IMG/VR virus record: IMGVR_UViG_3300017707_000594
Span: 1-31,294 of that record
Strand: one strand, 5' to 3'
Origin: a virus
Taxonomy: Duplodnaviria > Caudoviricetes
Length of the DNA stretch: 31,294 nucleotides
Below, piece by piece: positions 1 to 8,473 of this stretch. The notes under the pieces are model-generated. The model saw only the letters and a program-made list of their open reading frames with translations, made no database searches and was not told the origin of the DNA. Each line of letters starts with the position of its first letter. Positions within the stretch are counted from its first letter, which is position 1. Position numbers and translations under genes: made by a program.

Positions 1-123
1 CAAAATACTTTATCTTTATATACAACCTCAACACCGTTTTTAATAGTAAGATTGTAAAATGTATTTTCTTTTAAGTCAAATATTTTAGAAGTAGATAAAT
101 AATAAGAATCTAATGTAAACGTA
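1..123. repeat. Terminal direct repeat, copy 1 (circular assembly overlap)
   Basis: 1-123 is identical to 31172-31294. Confidence 0.97.
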
Positions 124-242
124 GCCGAAATAGTTTGTATTTCGTTTGTCGTTTCATCTCTTAATACTATCATATCTGCTCCGTAACTTCTTGGTATTAA
201 TTTCAAAGTTTGAGCTGTACTTTGCTCTTTTAAAATAATCAT
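1..242 (-). CDS. 5' part of a 109-aa hypothetical (probably virion) protein spanning the contig junction
   Basis: ATG at 242, MIILKEQSTAQTLKLIPR..., stays open across the overlap to TAA at 31084, which overlaps the portal ATG; absent from the ORF track. Confidence 0.85.
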   Translation of the reverse strand, partial: MIILKEQSTAQTLKLIPRSYGADMIVLRDETTNEIQTISATFTLDSYYLSTSKIFDLKENTFYNLTIKNGVEVVYKDKVF

Positions 243-253
243 ATATTTTTTTA

Positions 254-281
254 TTTATAAATACAATAAATGCAAAATTGT
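254..281 (-). promoter_or_regulatory. Putative late promoter ACAA-N14-TATTTATAAA
   Basis: Same spaced motif precedes six structural/lysis operons. Confidence 0.55.
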
Positions 282-282
282 T

Positions 283-336
283 TTTAATGCTATAACCTTA
301 AAATGTTTTTTTACTTTAATGGTATAACCTTAAAAT
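283..336. repeat. 22-bp direct repeat TTTAATG(C/G)TATAACCTTAAAAT x2
   Basis: 283-304 and 315-336, one mismatch. Confidence 0.85.
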
Positions 337-337
337 A

Positions 338-389
338 TGTTAAAGTTTTCTTAAAATGTTAACACATTTAATTTTTATGTTTACATTTG
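338..389 (+). promoter_or_regulatory. Bacteroidota-type promoter (TACATTTG 382-389) with upstream TGTTAA-N5-TCTTAA box
   Basis: Matches the TAnnTTTG -7 consensus, 25 nt before the ATG at 415. Confidence 0.7.
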
Positions 390-414
390 TATAAAACATT
401 AACATATAAAAATA

Positions 415-642
415 ATGGAAGCAAAAAACAAAGCATTAGAATTATATCACAAATACTTTTTGTTAAATGAAAGTGAAACTATAAACGGTTCTTGGAATAT
501 TATTCATTTAAATCACGTATTAGCTAAAAAATGTTCATTAATAGTGGTTAATGAATTAATTGAAGAAGCTTATTTTACAGATGGCTATTATGATAGGTTA
601 GATTATTGGGAAGAAGTTAAACAAGAAATAGAAAATTTATAA
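415..642 (+). CDS. Hypothetical protein, 75 aa
   Basis: ORF directly after promoter, A-rich leader. Confidence 0.8.
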   Translation: MEAKNKALELYHKYFLLNESETINGSWNIIHLNHVLAKKCSLIVVNELIEEAYFTDGYYDRLDYWEEVKQEIENL

Positions 643-644
643 AA

Positions 645-776
645 ATGGAATTAGGTACAAAATATAAATTCAAAGAAGGTTCAGTAGGAACTTTAATTGA
701 AAAGAATAAGAACTATGGATTGTTCAAATTTGAAGATGGTAGTCAATTTGTGTTTAACTTAAATAAATTAACTTAA
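645..776 (+). CDS. Hypothetical protein, 43 aa (MELGTKYKFKEG...)
   Basis: Translated by hand; 2 nt after the previous stop. Confidence 0.7.
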   Translation: MELGTKYKFKEGSVGTLIEKNKNYGLFKFEDGSQFVFNLNKLT

Positions 777-777
777 T

Positions 778-906
778 ATGAATGAATTAGAATTTAAAAA
801 AAAGATGAAGCATTTGTTAGAAATAAATACTGAACTTTATAAAGAAAATCAAAAACTTAAAAAAGAAATAGAGCGTTTAAATGAATTGTTAAAACCATTT
901 TGGTAA
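778..906 (+). CDS. Hypothetical coiled-coil protein, 42 aa (MNELEFKKK...KPFW)
   Basis: Translated by hand; 1 nt after the previous stop; followed by a terminator. Confidence 0.7.
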   Translation: MNELEFKKKMKHLLEINTELYKENQKLKKEIERLNELLKPFW

Positions 907-910
907 AATA

Positions 911-1090
911 ATTTAACAAAAAAACGCATAATATTTAAACTATGCGTTTCTTGATTTGTTTTACTCAAATGAGTAATCAACTTGAAAAAACTATTTAAGT
1001 GTGCTTTAAAGCATAAATAGTGTATTAAAATAATTGTTTCGGGTACAATTATAAAAACCTTTATATATTCCAAACCAATGGTAAAGAACT
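911..1090 (-). ncRNA. Candidate structured small RNA
   Basis: TATATTTG promoter at 1102-1095, three consecutive hairpins, then terminator; no convincing CDS. Confidence 0.4.
918..952. terminator. Probable bidirectional intrinsic terminator
   Basis: AAACGCATA...TATGCGTTT stem flanked by an A run and a T-rich run. Confidence 0.75.
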
Positions 1091-1111
1091 AATGCAAATA
1101 TACAAAAAAAA

Positions 1112-1459
1112 TTAAATAGAACGTAAAGCAGATTCTATTTGATTTGAAACTTTACCTACTATACCGCCGAAATCTTTAGCTTCTTCAGCTCTAACTCTAA
1201 ACATTTTTTCAGCATCTGCAATACCTAAATCTTTTGCTTTATTAGCTGAATCAATTGACATACTTAATGCTTTTTGATAATCAGCAGTTAAAGCCAATAA
1301 ACCTTCAGATATTTTTAAACCTTGTGCAATTAAACTTCTTTGTTTAGCTAATGCTCCATCTAATATTTTTTCAATATCATCAATAGCAGCTAATTCAACT
1401 TTTTGTGAAGCTAATTCTGTTTTGAATAGTTTACTATAAACTGTTTTTAATTCGCTCAT
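1112..1459 (-). CDS. Hypothetical helical protein, possibly internal virion protein
   Basis: Downstream of capsid and tail genes; KTELA/KVELA motifs. Confidence 0.75.
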   Translation of the reverse strand: MSELKTVYSKLFKTELASQKVELAAIDDIEKILDGALAKQRSLIAQGLKISEGLLALTADYQKALSMSIDSANKAKDLGIADAEKMFRVRAEEAKDFGGIVGKVSNQIESALRSI

Positions 1460-1489
1460 TTTTTTTTATTTTTAAATATTAATGTTTTT

Positions 1490-1516
1490 AAAAAAAAGGG
1501 CAACCGAAGCCACCCT
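1490..1516 (-). terminator. Intrinsic terminator with cUUCGg loop
   Basis: - strand AGGGTGGC TTCG GTTGCCCT followed by a T run. Confidence 0.85.
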
Positions 1517-1540
1517 CTTCCCAATCAAAAAAACAAACAA

Positions 1541-2068
1541 TTATGAACCTGAAACTACTGTAAATCCTGCAGCAGTTAAAGTAGTAGTCAAGAAGTTTGC
1601 AGGTACAGGCTCTTGTCCTGATAATGTCAAAGTATATCCTGACAAATCACCCATAGCAGCACCTGTTACAATAGTACCACCTGATACTTCCATACCGTGT
1701 TCTAAACCGCAAAGGAATAAGTTTCCGTTGTTGTCTTCAACTACTACTTGTGGTCTACCATAAGAAAGTAATTTAATTTGTTTGTGGTCTACAATTGACA
1801 ATTTCTTCAAAGTTAAGTTCAAAGTTTGTTCAAAGAATGTAGTACCATTTTCTCTTGAAGAAGTAATTGCTTGTTCGAATGAACTATTACCTTTCAAGTC
1901 ATATTTGTAAGCACTTGGTGTACCTGATACAGCTTCAATAGCATCTGTATTAGTATCATCATAAGTTACTCCTGTCATATCTCCCCAATTTACAAAGTAA
2001 ACTGCCTTAAGACCACCTACTGCGTCTTTACATTTTTCTGTTCTACCTAAAGCGATTTCACAAGCCAT
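1541..2068 (-). CDS. Putative major tail (tube) protein
   Basis: 175 aa, beta-rich, SRENGTTFFEQTL and GYTLTLSG motifs, follows the capsid gene. Confidence 0.65.
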   Translation of the reverse strand: MACEIALGRTEKCKDAVGGLKAVYFVNWGDMTGVTYDDTNTDAIEAVSGTPSAYKYDLKGNSSFEQAITSSRENGTTFFEQTLNLTLKKLSIVDHKQIKLLSYGRPQVVVEDNNGNLFLCGLEHGMEVSGGTIVTGAAMGDLSGYTLTLSGQEPVPANFLTTTLTAAGFTVVSGS

Positions 2069-2091
2069 TTTTTATATTTTTATAAGTTAAT

Positions 2092-2124
2092 AAAAAAAAA
2101 GGGAAGGCATTTTACCTCCCCTTT
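2092..2124 (-). terminator. Intrinsic terminator after major capsid gene
   Basis: - strand AGGGGAGGT...GCCTTCCC followed by T9. Confidence 0.8.
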
Positions 2125-2144
2125 CATTTAAAAAAAGCTAATTT

Positions 2145-3098
2145 TTAGTTAGCAGAGTTTGTGATTCCGTAAGTTACGATATCTTCTACAATTCCGTATT
2201 GAACTGCAGCAGTAAATCTCATTACTACACGTACATTTTGAGAACCATCAATAGGTCCCATATCAATTACTTGTACTTCGTTTTGGTCAGATAACAAACC
2301 TGTACCAAAGAATAAGTTAGATTTTTGAGCAGCGATAGCAACGTTGTTAGCTAATCCGTTTGCAACAAAGATTTTAACACCATCAAAAGATAATGAACCA
2401 TTGTTAAACCATTGTGTTCCTTGAGCGTTAGTACCATTAGCACCTAATCCTGAAGCACCAAATCCACCTAAAGCACGAACGTAAGCTCTTGCGATGTTCT
2501 GAGAAACGTATAAGTACAAATCTTCTTTTCCGTAAAGTGCAGCAGGGATTGCATCAACAATTTTTCCTAATTCAGCAACAACGTTAGCAGCAGTAACTGT
2601 AGTACCTGCAACTTCTTGTGCAGCAGGTAAAGCAGCATCAGCAGCTAATAAAGCAGTAAATCCATTAAATTCACCCGCATTAGCAGTTACACCTTTCCAA
2701 ATGTTTTGTTCAGTTTTTTCAGCAACTTTAGCAGCAACGTGAGAAATCAAATAATCAGCAAAGCTTGGTGGCAATGAATCAAAAGCAGAATAACCCATAG
2801 ATACAGCTTCCCAAGTTGAGTGGAAATCTTTTTTACACAATTGTAAATTCACTTGGAATTCTTCAGGAGTGATGATTCTTTCGCTTAATGTTACAGTAGA
2901 TGTAGCAGAAAAATCACAAGTAGCATCTTTAACGATACCATCAGTAGCAATTTTTTGAATTACAGATTTGTACTTAACATTAGGCATTACCTCAATTCCA
3001 CCATTTTCAATAGTAGAAGCAGATAATAAAGCAGCAGAAATATATTTAGAAGCAAATTCTCCTGCATAAGTGGTAGTAATACTTGTAGTAGTAGCCAT
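2145..3098 (-). CDS. Major capsid protein
   Basis: 317 aa, follows protease and scaffold, HK97-like pattern, followed by a terminator. Confidence 0.85.
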   Translation of the reverse strand: MATTTSITTTYAGEFASKYISAALLSASTIENGGIEVMPNVKYKSVIQKIATDGIVKDATCDFSATSTVTLSERIITPEEFQVNLQLCKKDFHSTWEAVSMGYSAFDSLPPSFADYLISHVAAKVAEKTEQNIWKGVTANAGEFNGFTALLAADAALPAAQEVAGTTVTAANVVAELGKIVDAIPAALYGKEDLYLYVSQNIARAYVRALGGFGASGLGANGTNAQGTQWFNNGSLSFDGVKIFVANGLANNVAIAAQKSNLFFGTGLLSDQNEVQVIDMGPIDGSQNVRVVMRFTAAVQYGIVEDIVTYGITNSAN

Positions 3099-3122
3099 TT
3101 TTATTTATTTAGTTTATTATTA

Positions 3123-3704
3123 TTAATTAAAAAGTTTTGCCATTACTCTATCTTGAGTAGTCATTTGGCGATTAGATGAAAATTTTTGAACTTGTGGTGC
3201 TTTAACTTCAGGTGAATGTGTTAATGGTTCAACACTCAATTCAACTTCTTTAGATTTTAAATCTTCATCAGTTTTGTCTTCTTCATCTGCAGAAAGTTTT
3301 ACACCTTTCAATTCAGCAATTTCATTTCTTAATTTTTCAATTTCAGAAAAGAACATTTCTTTAGTGATTGATTCAACAATCTTTTTAGGTGTAGCTTCAG
3401 CATTAGCTTCAACAACAACCTCTTCTTCAGCAGGTGAAGCAATTTCTTCTTCAGCTTCAGGCATTTCTTCTTCAGGCTTTTCAATAGCTGCAATAATTCC
3501 CTCAACGTCTACTTTCAAAATGTTTCCATCTTCAAGTTTGTATTCGCCAACAGGTACTGCAATTCTATCTTCACCATTAACTATAAAAACAGGCATATCC
3601 ATTTCAAAAGCATCAGCTTCTAAAATAGTACCGTTCTCAAGTTTCATTTGGGCAAGTTTCACTTCCATTCCCAAAAGAGTTTTGATTTCATTGATTACAC
3701 TCAT
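3123..3704 (-). CDS. Capsid scaffolding protein
   Basis: Highly acidic, PVGEYKLEDG motif, coiled coil, directly upstream of the capsid gene. Confidence 0.75.
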   Translation of the reverse strand: MSVINEIKTLLGMEVKLAQMKLENGTILEADAFEMDMPVFIVNGEDRIAVPVGEYKLEDGNILKVDVEGIIAAIEKPEEEMPEAEEEIASPAEEEVVVEANAEATPKKIVESITKEMFFSEIEKLRNEIAELKGVKLSADEEDKTDEDLKSKEVELSVEPLTHSPEVKAPQVQKFSSNRQMTTQDRVMAKLFN

Positions 3705-3764
3705 TTTTAAAATATTTAATTTGTTTATAAATAATATTATTTTTATTTGTTATAAATTAGGATA

Positions 3765-3983
3765 TTATCCGTTACTTCTAACAATAGTTTTTACACCATC
3801 AACTACAGTGATAGTAGCACTACCTTGTGATACAATTGAACCAATTCCTTGTTCTTGTAACTCACCATTACAGCATTTAGAATCATACGTGTTATCTTTA
3901 CAAAGACAACCTCTTTTACCGCCTTTCGGACTTGTTGATTTACCCATTAATTTATTTATTTTAGTTGTTAAATAATTTACCAT
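3765..3983 (-). CDS. Small Cys-rich hypothetical protein (start possibly at MGKS, 3947)
   Basis: RGCLCKDNTYDSKCCNG motif. Confidence 0.7.
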   Translation of the reverse strand: MVNYLTTKINKLMGKSTSPKGGKRGCLCKDNTYDSKCCNGELQEQGIGSIVSQGSATITVVDGVKTIVRSNG

Positions 3984-4263
3984 TTATACCTAATTGATTT
4001 AGTATATCTATTACATCTTTGTTATTATCGTAATGCTCTTCTATTCCTAAACTTTGAATTTTTTCAATTTTAGCTTTGTTTGAACCTGTAGCATAAACTC
4101 TACTAACAGGTATTCCTAAAGATTGTGCTTTATTAATCATTCCTACTTTTAAATGTCTTGCTGAAATTATATAAACCTCTTTACCTTTAGCAATAAATTC
4201 TTTTGCCATTTCAGTACCTTTAGCAGTACTTAATGTACCATCATAATCAAAACTAATTTTCAT
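3961..4263 (-). CDS. Minimal HAD-superfamily phosphatase-like protein
   Basis: FDYDGT motif I, IISAR motif II, Lys motif III, HYDNN motif IV. Confidence 0.75.
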   Translation of the reverse strand: MKISFDYDGTLSTAKGTEMAKEFIAKGKEVYIISARHLKVGMINKAQSLGIPVSRVYATGSNKAKIEKIQSLGIEEHYDNNKDVIDILNQLGINGKLFNN

Positions 4264-4847
4264 TATAGATTATGTTTTACAATAATTTGTTTAATCTTTT
4301 GAATCAATTCTTCTTCTTGTTCTTTTTGCAAACTCATTTCTAATTTATCAGCAAACATTCCTTCAATAGAAAATCCTTTAACTTTACCTGTTTTAACAAA
4401 GTCATTCCAAATAGTATCATTATTAACTTTCATACTAACCATCCAAGTACCTACTGAAGCATTCAATCCATACTTTTTAGATTTATCCATTTCAATATCT
4501 TCAACAATCCAAGATTCAACTACAGATAAATCAGAAACTTTTTGTTCGTGTTCTAATGTAGCGTTGTTTTGGTTTGAATTCATTAAAAACAATTCACTTG
4601 CTTTTCTTACTGTAGCATCTGAAAAGAAAATGTAATACTCATCATCACCATTTCTTCTGTAGATATTCTTATTTGGAATTAAAGCCGCACCCATTAAGAT
4701 ACGCTTTTCATCATCTACTTTAGCTAATTGTAATTGTTGGTTTAAAGCAATAAAGTTTTCTTCTATTGCAGGAAACTCTACAACAGAAATAGCATCGACA
4801 CCTGCTAAATCTTCTTTTTCGTCTATGATTAATTCTACTATTCTCAT
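4263..4847 (-). CDS. Prohead serine protease, XkdF-like
   Basis: NATLEH, VESW, GTWMV, GKVKGFSIEG motifs. Confidence 0.8.
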   Translation of the reverse strand: MRIVELIIDEKEDLAGVDAISVVEFPAIEENFIALNQQLQLAKVDDEKRILMGAALIPNKNIYRRNGDDEYYIFFSDATVRKASELFLMNSNQNNATLEHEQKVSDLSVVESWIVEDIEMDKSKKYGLNASVGTWMVSMKVNNDTIWNDFVKTGKVKGFSIEGMFADKLEMSLQKEQEEELIQKIKQIIVKHNL

Positions 4848-4884
4848 TTTATTTTTATTTATAAATTAAATTATTTGTTTTTTG

Positions 4885-6393
4885 TTAATTTCCTATTGTA
4901 GCTGTGTTAACGATATTTCTATCTAAACTTTGTGCAGTTGTTACATCGTTACTTACTACATAAGCTTTAACGGGTGCTTGATTACCTAAACTTTGTGCTA
5001 TTTGATTTTGTCCTGAAGTACCTACTACATTAAAACTTGGGGCAGCAGGTGTAGCACCACCCGAAACTGAAATAGGTGTAGGAGCAGCGCCACCACCACC
5101 ACCTGCAGGAACTTTAACAGCAGTAATTGCTTTAACCGCTTTAAAACCTGTAGCTAAAACAGTGGCAACGTTTGCTACTTTAGCAACTACATCAAAAGGT
5201 GAAGGTAAAGTAGATTTTTGTTTTAATGCTTCAGAAACCCCTACATATGTATTAATTGTTGCACTTGCTATACCTAAAGCTTTACCTGCAGCAGTTTCTT
5301 TACCTGCTAATTCAGATAATTGGCTTAATGTATTAGATGCTGCTTGTGCATAGGCAATTCTTTCTTCATAGTTTAGTTTAGCTATTAATGTCCTTGCATC
5401 TTCTTGCGCTTTTGCATCATCTGTTATTTTCTTTTGTGCAGCCGCATTTCTTTCAATATCACTTAAAAACCTTTTTTGTTTATCTTCTTCTTGTTTGGCA
5501 ATCAAAGCATCTTTAGCACCTTGTACTTCATCTTCAATTTCTTGCTGTTTAGCTATGTAATCTTTTCTTTCTTGTATTCTTTTTTCTTCGGCTTCCTTTT
5601 CTGCTTGTCTACGTTTTTCTGCTTCTTGGGCTGCCTTATCTGCTGCTGCTTTTTTACGTTCTTGTTCTTTCTCTAATGCTTCAGCCCTTTTAGCAGCGTT
5701 TTCTTTTTCGGTAGCAGTCATTTCTTTGCTGCCTTTTTCAAACCTATCTTTAGCATTACTAAAGTTTTTACTAAAGCCACTAACAGATTCTTTTGCGTCT
5801 TTCCACGCACCGCTAAAATCCCCGCCAATTAATTTTTGAACAGCAGAACCTATCTTACCTAATGATTGGAATACAGCTGTAACGCTTGAATAAACCACTT
5901 TAAAGGCGTCACTAACATACGGCAATGCTTTTGTAGCTAAATCAATAAAGACATCAAATAAAGGTTCTATAGCAGCAAATACACCTGCAAATATTTTTTG
6001 CAAACTATTTAATAACGGCTGCAGTTTCTTTTGTGCTTTTTCATTATCGTTAAATGCAGCAGCTAAACCTGCTACTAATGAAACTATCAATCCAATACCT
6101 GTAGCTTTTAAAGCCCCACCGAAAGATTGTGTAGCTACTTTTGCTCTATTTAAAGAACCCCCTAAAGCACCAATAGGACCACCTGCTTGTTCTAAACTAT
6201 CAATCCAATCAGATGATGCTTTTTTAGATGATTTAATCTTATCTTCTAAATCATCAATTTTATTATATATCTTTTTAAATTCATCTGAACCTGCTGCTGT
6301 GTCTTTTAATTGCCTTTTTAAAGCTTTTAATTCAGCGATTGAGCCTTGAACATTTGAGTTTACCTGTAAATCTACTTCTACTACTTTTGACAT
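4885..6393 (-). CDS. Tape measure protein (short, 502 aa)
   Basis: Ala-rich helical sequence, hydrophobic segments, coiled coil, PVKAYVV C-terminus. Confidence 0.75.
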   Translation of the reverse strand: MSKVVEVDLQVNSNVQGSIAELKALKRQLKDTAAGSDEFKKIYNKIDDLEDKIKSSKKASSDWIDSLEQAGGPIGALGGSLNRAKVATQSFGGALKATGIGLIVSLVAGLAAAFNDNEKAQKKLQPLLNSLQKIFAGVFAAIEPLFDVFIDLATKALPYVSDAFKVVYSSVTAVFQSLGKIGSAVQKLIGGDFSGAWKDAKESVSGFSKNFSNAKDRFEKGSKEMTATEKENAAKRAEALEKEQERKKAAADKAAQEAEKRRQAEKEAEEKRIQERKDYIAKQQEIEDEVQGAKDALIAKQEEDKQKRFLSDIERNAAAQKKITDDAKAQEDARTLIAKLNYEERIAYAQAASNTLSQLSELAGKETAAGKALGIASATINTYVGVSEALKQKSTLPSPFDVVAKVANVATVLATGFKAVKAITAVKVPAGGGGGAAPTPISVSGGATPAAPSFNVVGTSGQNQIAQSLGNQAPVKAYVVSNDVTTAQSLDRNIVNTATIGN

Positions 6394-6530
6394 TTAATAA
6401 GTCTTTTAATTTGGTTTATTCCTTTGCTAAAGCTATTAGGTAATTCATATTTACCTTTAGCTATTTCTATTGTTTCGCTTTGCCCGTAATGGTTATCTAA
6501 CATTAACAAGTTTAATATTTCTTTTATCAT
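6381..6530 (-). CDS. Hypothetical protein, 49 aa (MIKEILNLLM...IEIAKGKY...)
   Basis: Translated by hand; overlaps both neighbours and fills the gap. Confidence 0.65.
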   Translation of the reverse strand: MIKEILNLLMLDNHYGQSETIEIAKGKYELPNSFSKGINQIKRLIKCQK

Positions 6531-8473
6531 AGTATTCTAAAATCGTTTATTAGTGTTAAATTAACTTCGCCACTTGTTAAATCAAAATTCATATTATCAA
6601 TCAAATATCTTGTATCGCGTATAATCACCCTATCGTTTAATCTTAATTTTGTCAATAGACTAATTGGAAACTGACACTTGAATGTATATTTTCTTGATTT
6701 GATATTATATATATTACTTAAATAATTATAATAATAAACGTTATACAAACTATTGCTTATTGGTGTCAATAATAAAGAACTAATTTCACTACCAAAATTC
6801 AAACTATAATTTGTAGACCCTATTAAAGTATCTTGACCAAAACAATTATAAGTAGTTACATTTGTATTAGTTGTGTCATATTTTAAATAGAAGTTACAAG
6901 TTTGTAAAGTGTTATAATCGTAAAGTATTACGGGTTTAGTTTGGTAATTCTTAAAGTCTTGTTTTAACGCGTAACCTACCTGAAGATTCTGTCCTGTTAT
7001 TTTATTAAACAGCAAATTTTCAAAAGGTAATGATACACCATATTCACCACCGTCTGCATCTAAATCAGCTAACAAATCACCATACTGCGTTCCGTTATTT
7101 GAAGCGAATGCAACATTCATTAATGATTCAGACTTTTCGTATTTGAAATTTATTTTCTTATACGATTGCAATCTATCAATACTGACATCGTCACTTAAAA
7201 CATATTGCGTAATATCTTCTATATTACCATCAGCATACCAAGATTCTAATTCTTGTATTTGGTAAACATTTTGCTCGTAACTAATACAAGTTAGATTGAA
7301 CATTTTTAAAATTCCACTAAAGAAATCTTCTACTTTAATATCAGGCATAAAAGAAGAAATATTTACAAGTCCTGAAGTAGTAGATGAAGCTTTACTTGCT
7401 GTACCATTACTAAATCCTGTAACAGCTACAATTAAAGAATTCGCATACGTTAAAGGTGCTTCAGATTGTAAATAAAATTCATAGCTTCCAACGTTTGCAG
7501 GTAAATCAGATGTGAAATTTAAAAGCGTAAATACATTAGCTGCAGTATTTTTATTTGGAACAGGAAACGTATTTAATAGTGTTCCATTTTTATAAAGCAG
7601 TATTGAATAATCTATACCTGTAGTAGCTGCTGTAATAGTTAATTCTACAAATGAATTGGCGAATGTGGTAGGTTGATTATATGTTAACGTACTACCTAAA
7701 AACCATCTGCTACCTACAGGGAATCCTGAGCTTGTAGAAAATTCTATTTTTGTCAATCCACTTTTAGGTATAAATGTTTCTGCATTCTTTAACCATAAAA
7801 AAGCATTTGTAAACCTTGCATCAGTTAAAAAATTACCTTCAAATGTAATTCCATAATCAGATTCTATTGTTTCAAATACTTTACTTAAACGTAATGCAGG
7901 GAATAATTCAGATGTTAATATTGCACCACCTGAAGTAGTTATGTTATTAGTCGTACCTGTTTCTGACCAAACCCTATTTGAAGTAATCAATGGGAATTTA
8001 ACATCGTTTGTTATTCCGCCTGTTACCCTGTCAACTACATCACCACCTGTATAAGTAAAATTGTAATCACTAAAATCTAAATCAAATAATTTCTTATTTG
8101 CAAACGTATCTTTTAAAGAAACTAAACTACCGAAAAAAGTGATAGTGTAATTTTCAGGAACACCATTTTTGATAGTAGATTTTTCTAATTGTATCTTACC
8201 TTTTCTAAATGGTATAGTATCTAATTCAATATAGGCATCTTTTCTTTTTCTTGCATCAAAACCACCATCAATAGAATTATTGTACCAATGTGAAAAGATA
8301 GCGTTGTTTCTATCGTTAGCAGGTACTGTAAAAGATTGGCTAAAATCTGTTCTTGTTTTTGAAATATCAGAAACATCTTGAACTGAAGATGTAATAGAAA
8401 TCTTTTCATCATCAAACAATTCAACACGCTTTGCAATTCCGTTAATGTAAATATATATTCCTACTGTTACCAT
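6527..8473 (-). CDS. Putative tail tip/hub structural protein
   Basis: 648 aa, FSQSFTVPA N-terminus, LRLNDRVII C-terminus, adjacent to tape measure gene. Confidence 0.65.
   Translation of the reverse strand: MVTVGIYIYINGIAKRVELFDDEKISITSSVQDVSDISKTRTDFSQSFTVPANDRNNAIFSHWYNNSIDGGFDARKRKDAYIELDTIPFRKGKIQLEKSTIKNGVPENYTITFFGSLVSLKDTFANKKLFDLDFSDYNFTYTGGDVVDRVTGGITNDVKFPLITSNRVWSETGTTNNITTSGGAILTSELFPALRLSKVFETIESDYGITFEGNFLTDARFTNAFLWLKNAETFIPKSGLTKIEFSTSSGFPVGSRWFLGSTLTYNQPTTFANSFVELTITAATTGIDYSILLYKNGTLLNTFPVPNKNTAANVFTLLNFTSDLPANVGSYEFYLQSEAPLTYANSLIVAVTGFSNGTASKASSTTSGLVNISSFMPDIKVEDFFSGILKMFNLTCISYEQNVYQIQELESWYADGNIEDITQYVLSDDVSIDRLQSYKKINFKYEKSESLMNVAFASNNGTQYGDLLADLDADGGEYGVSLPFENLLFNKITGQNLQVGYALKQDFKNYQTKPVILYDYNTLQTCNFYLKYDTTNTNVTTYNCFGQDTLIGSTNYSLNFGSEISSLLLTPISNSLYNVYYYNYLSNIYNIKSRKYTFKCQFPISLLTKLRLNDRVIIRDTRYLIDNMNFDLTSGEVNLTLINDFRIL

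Noticed and set aside
1-123. Biological terminal repeat
   Set aside because: Falls mid-gene with an assembler-like length; better explained as circular overlap
849-1073. 74-aa - strand ORF
   Set aside because: Non-ATG start, runs through a terminator and lies antisense to the 778-906 gene; unnatural composition
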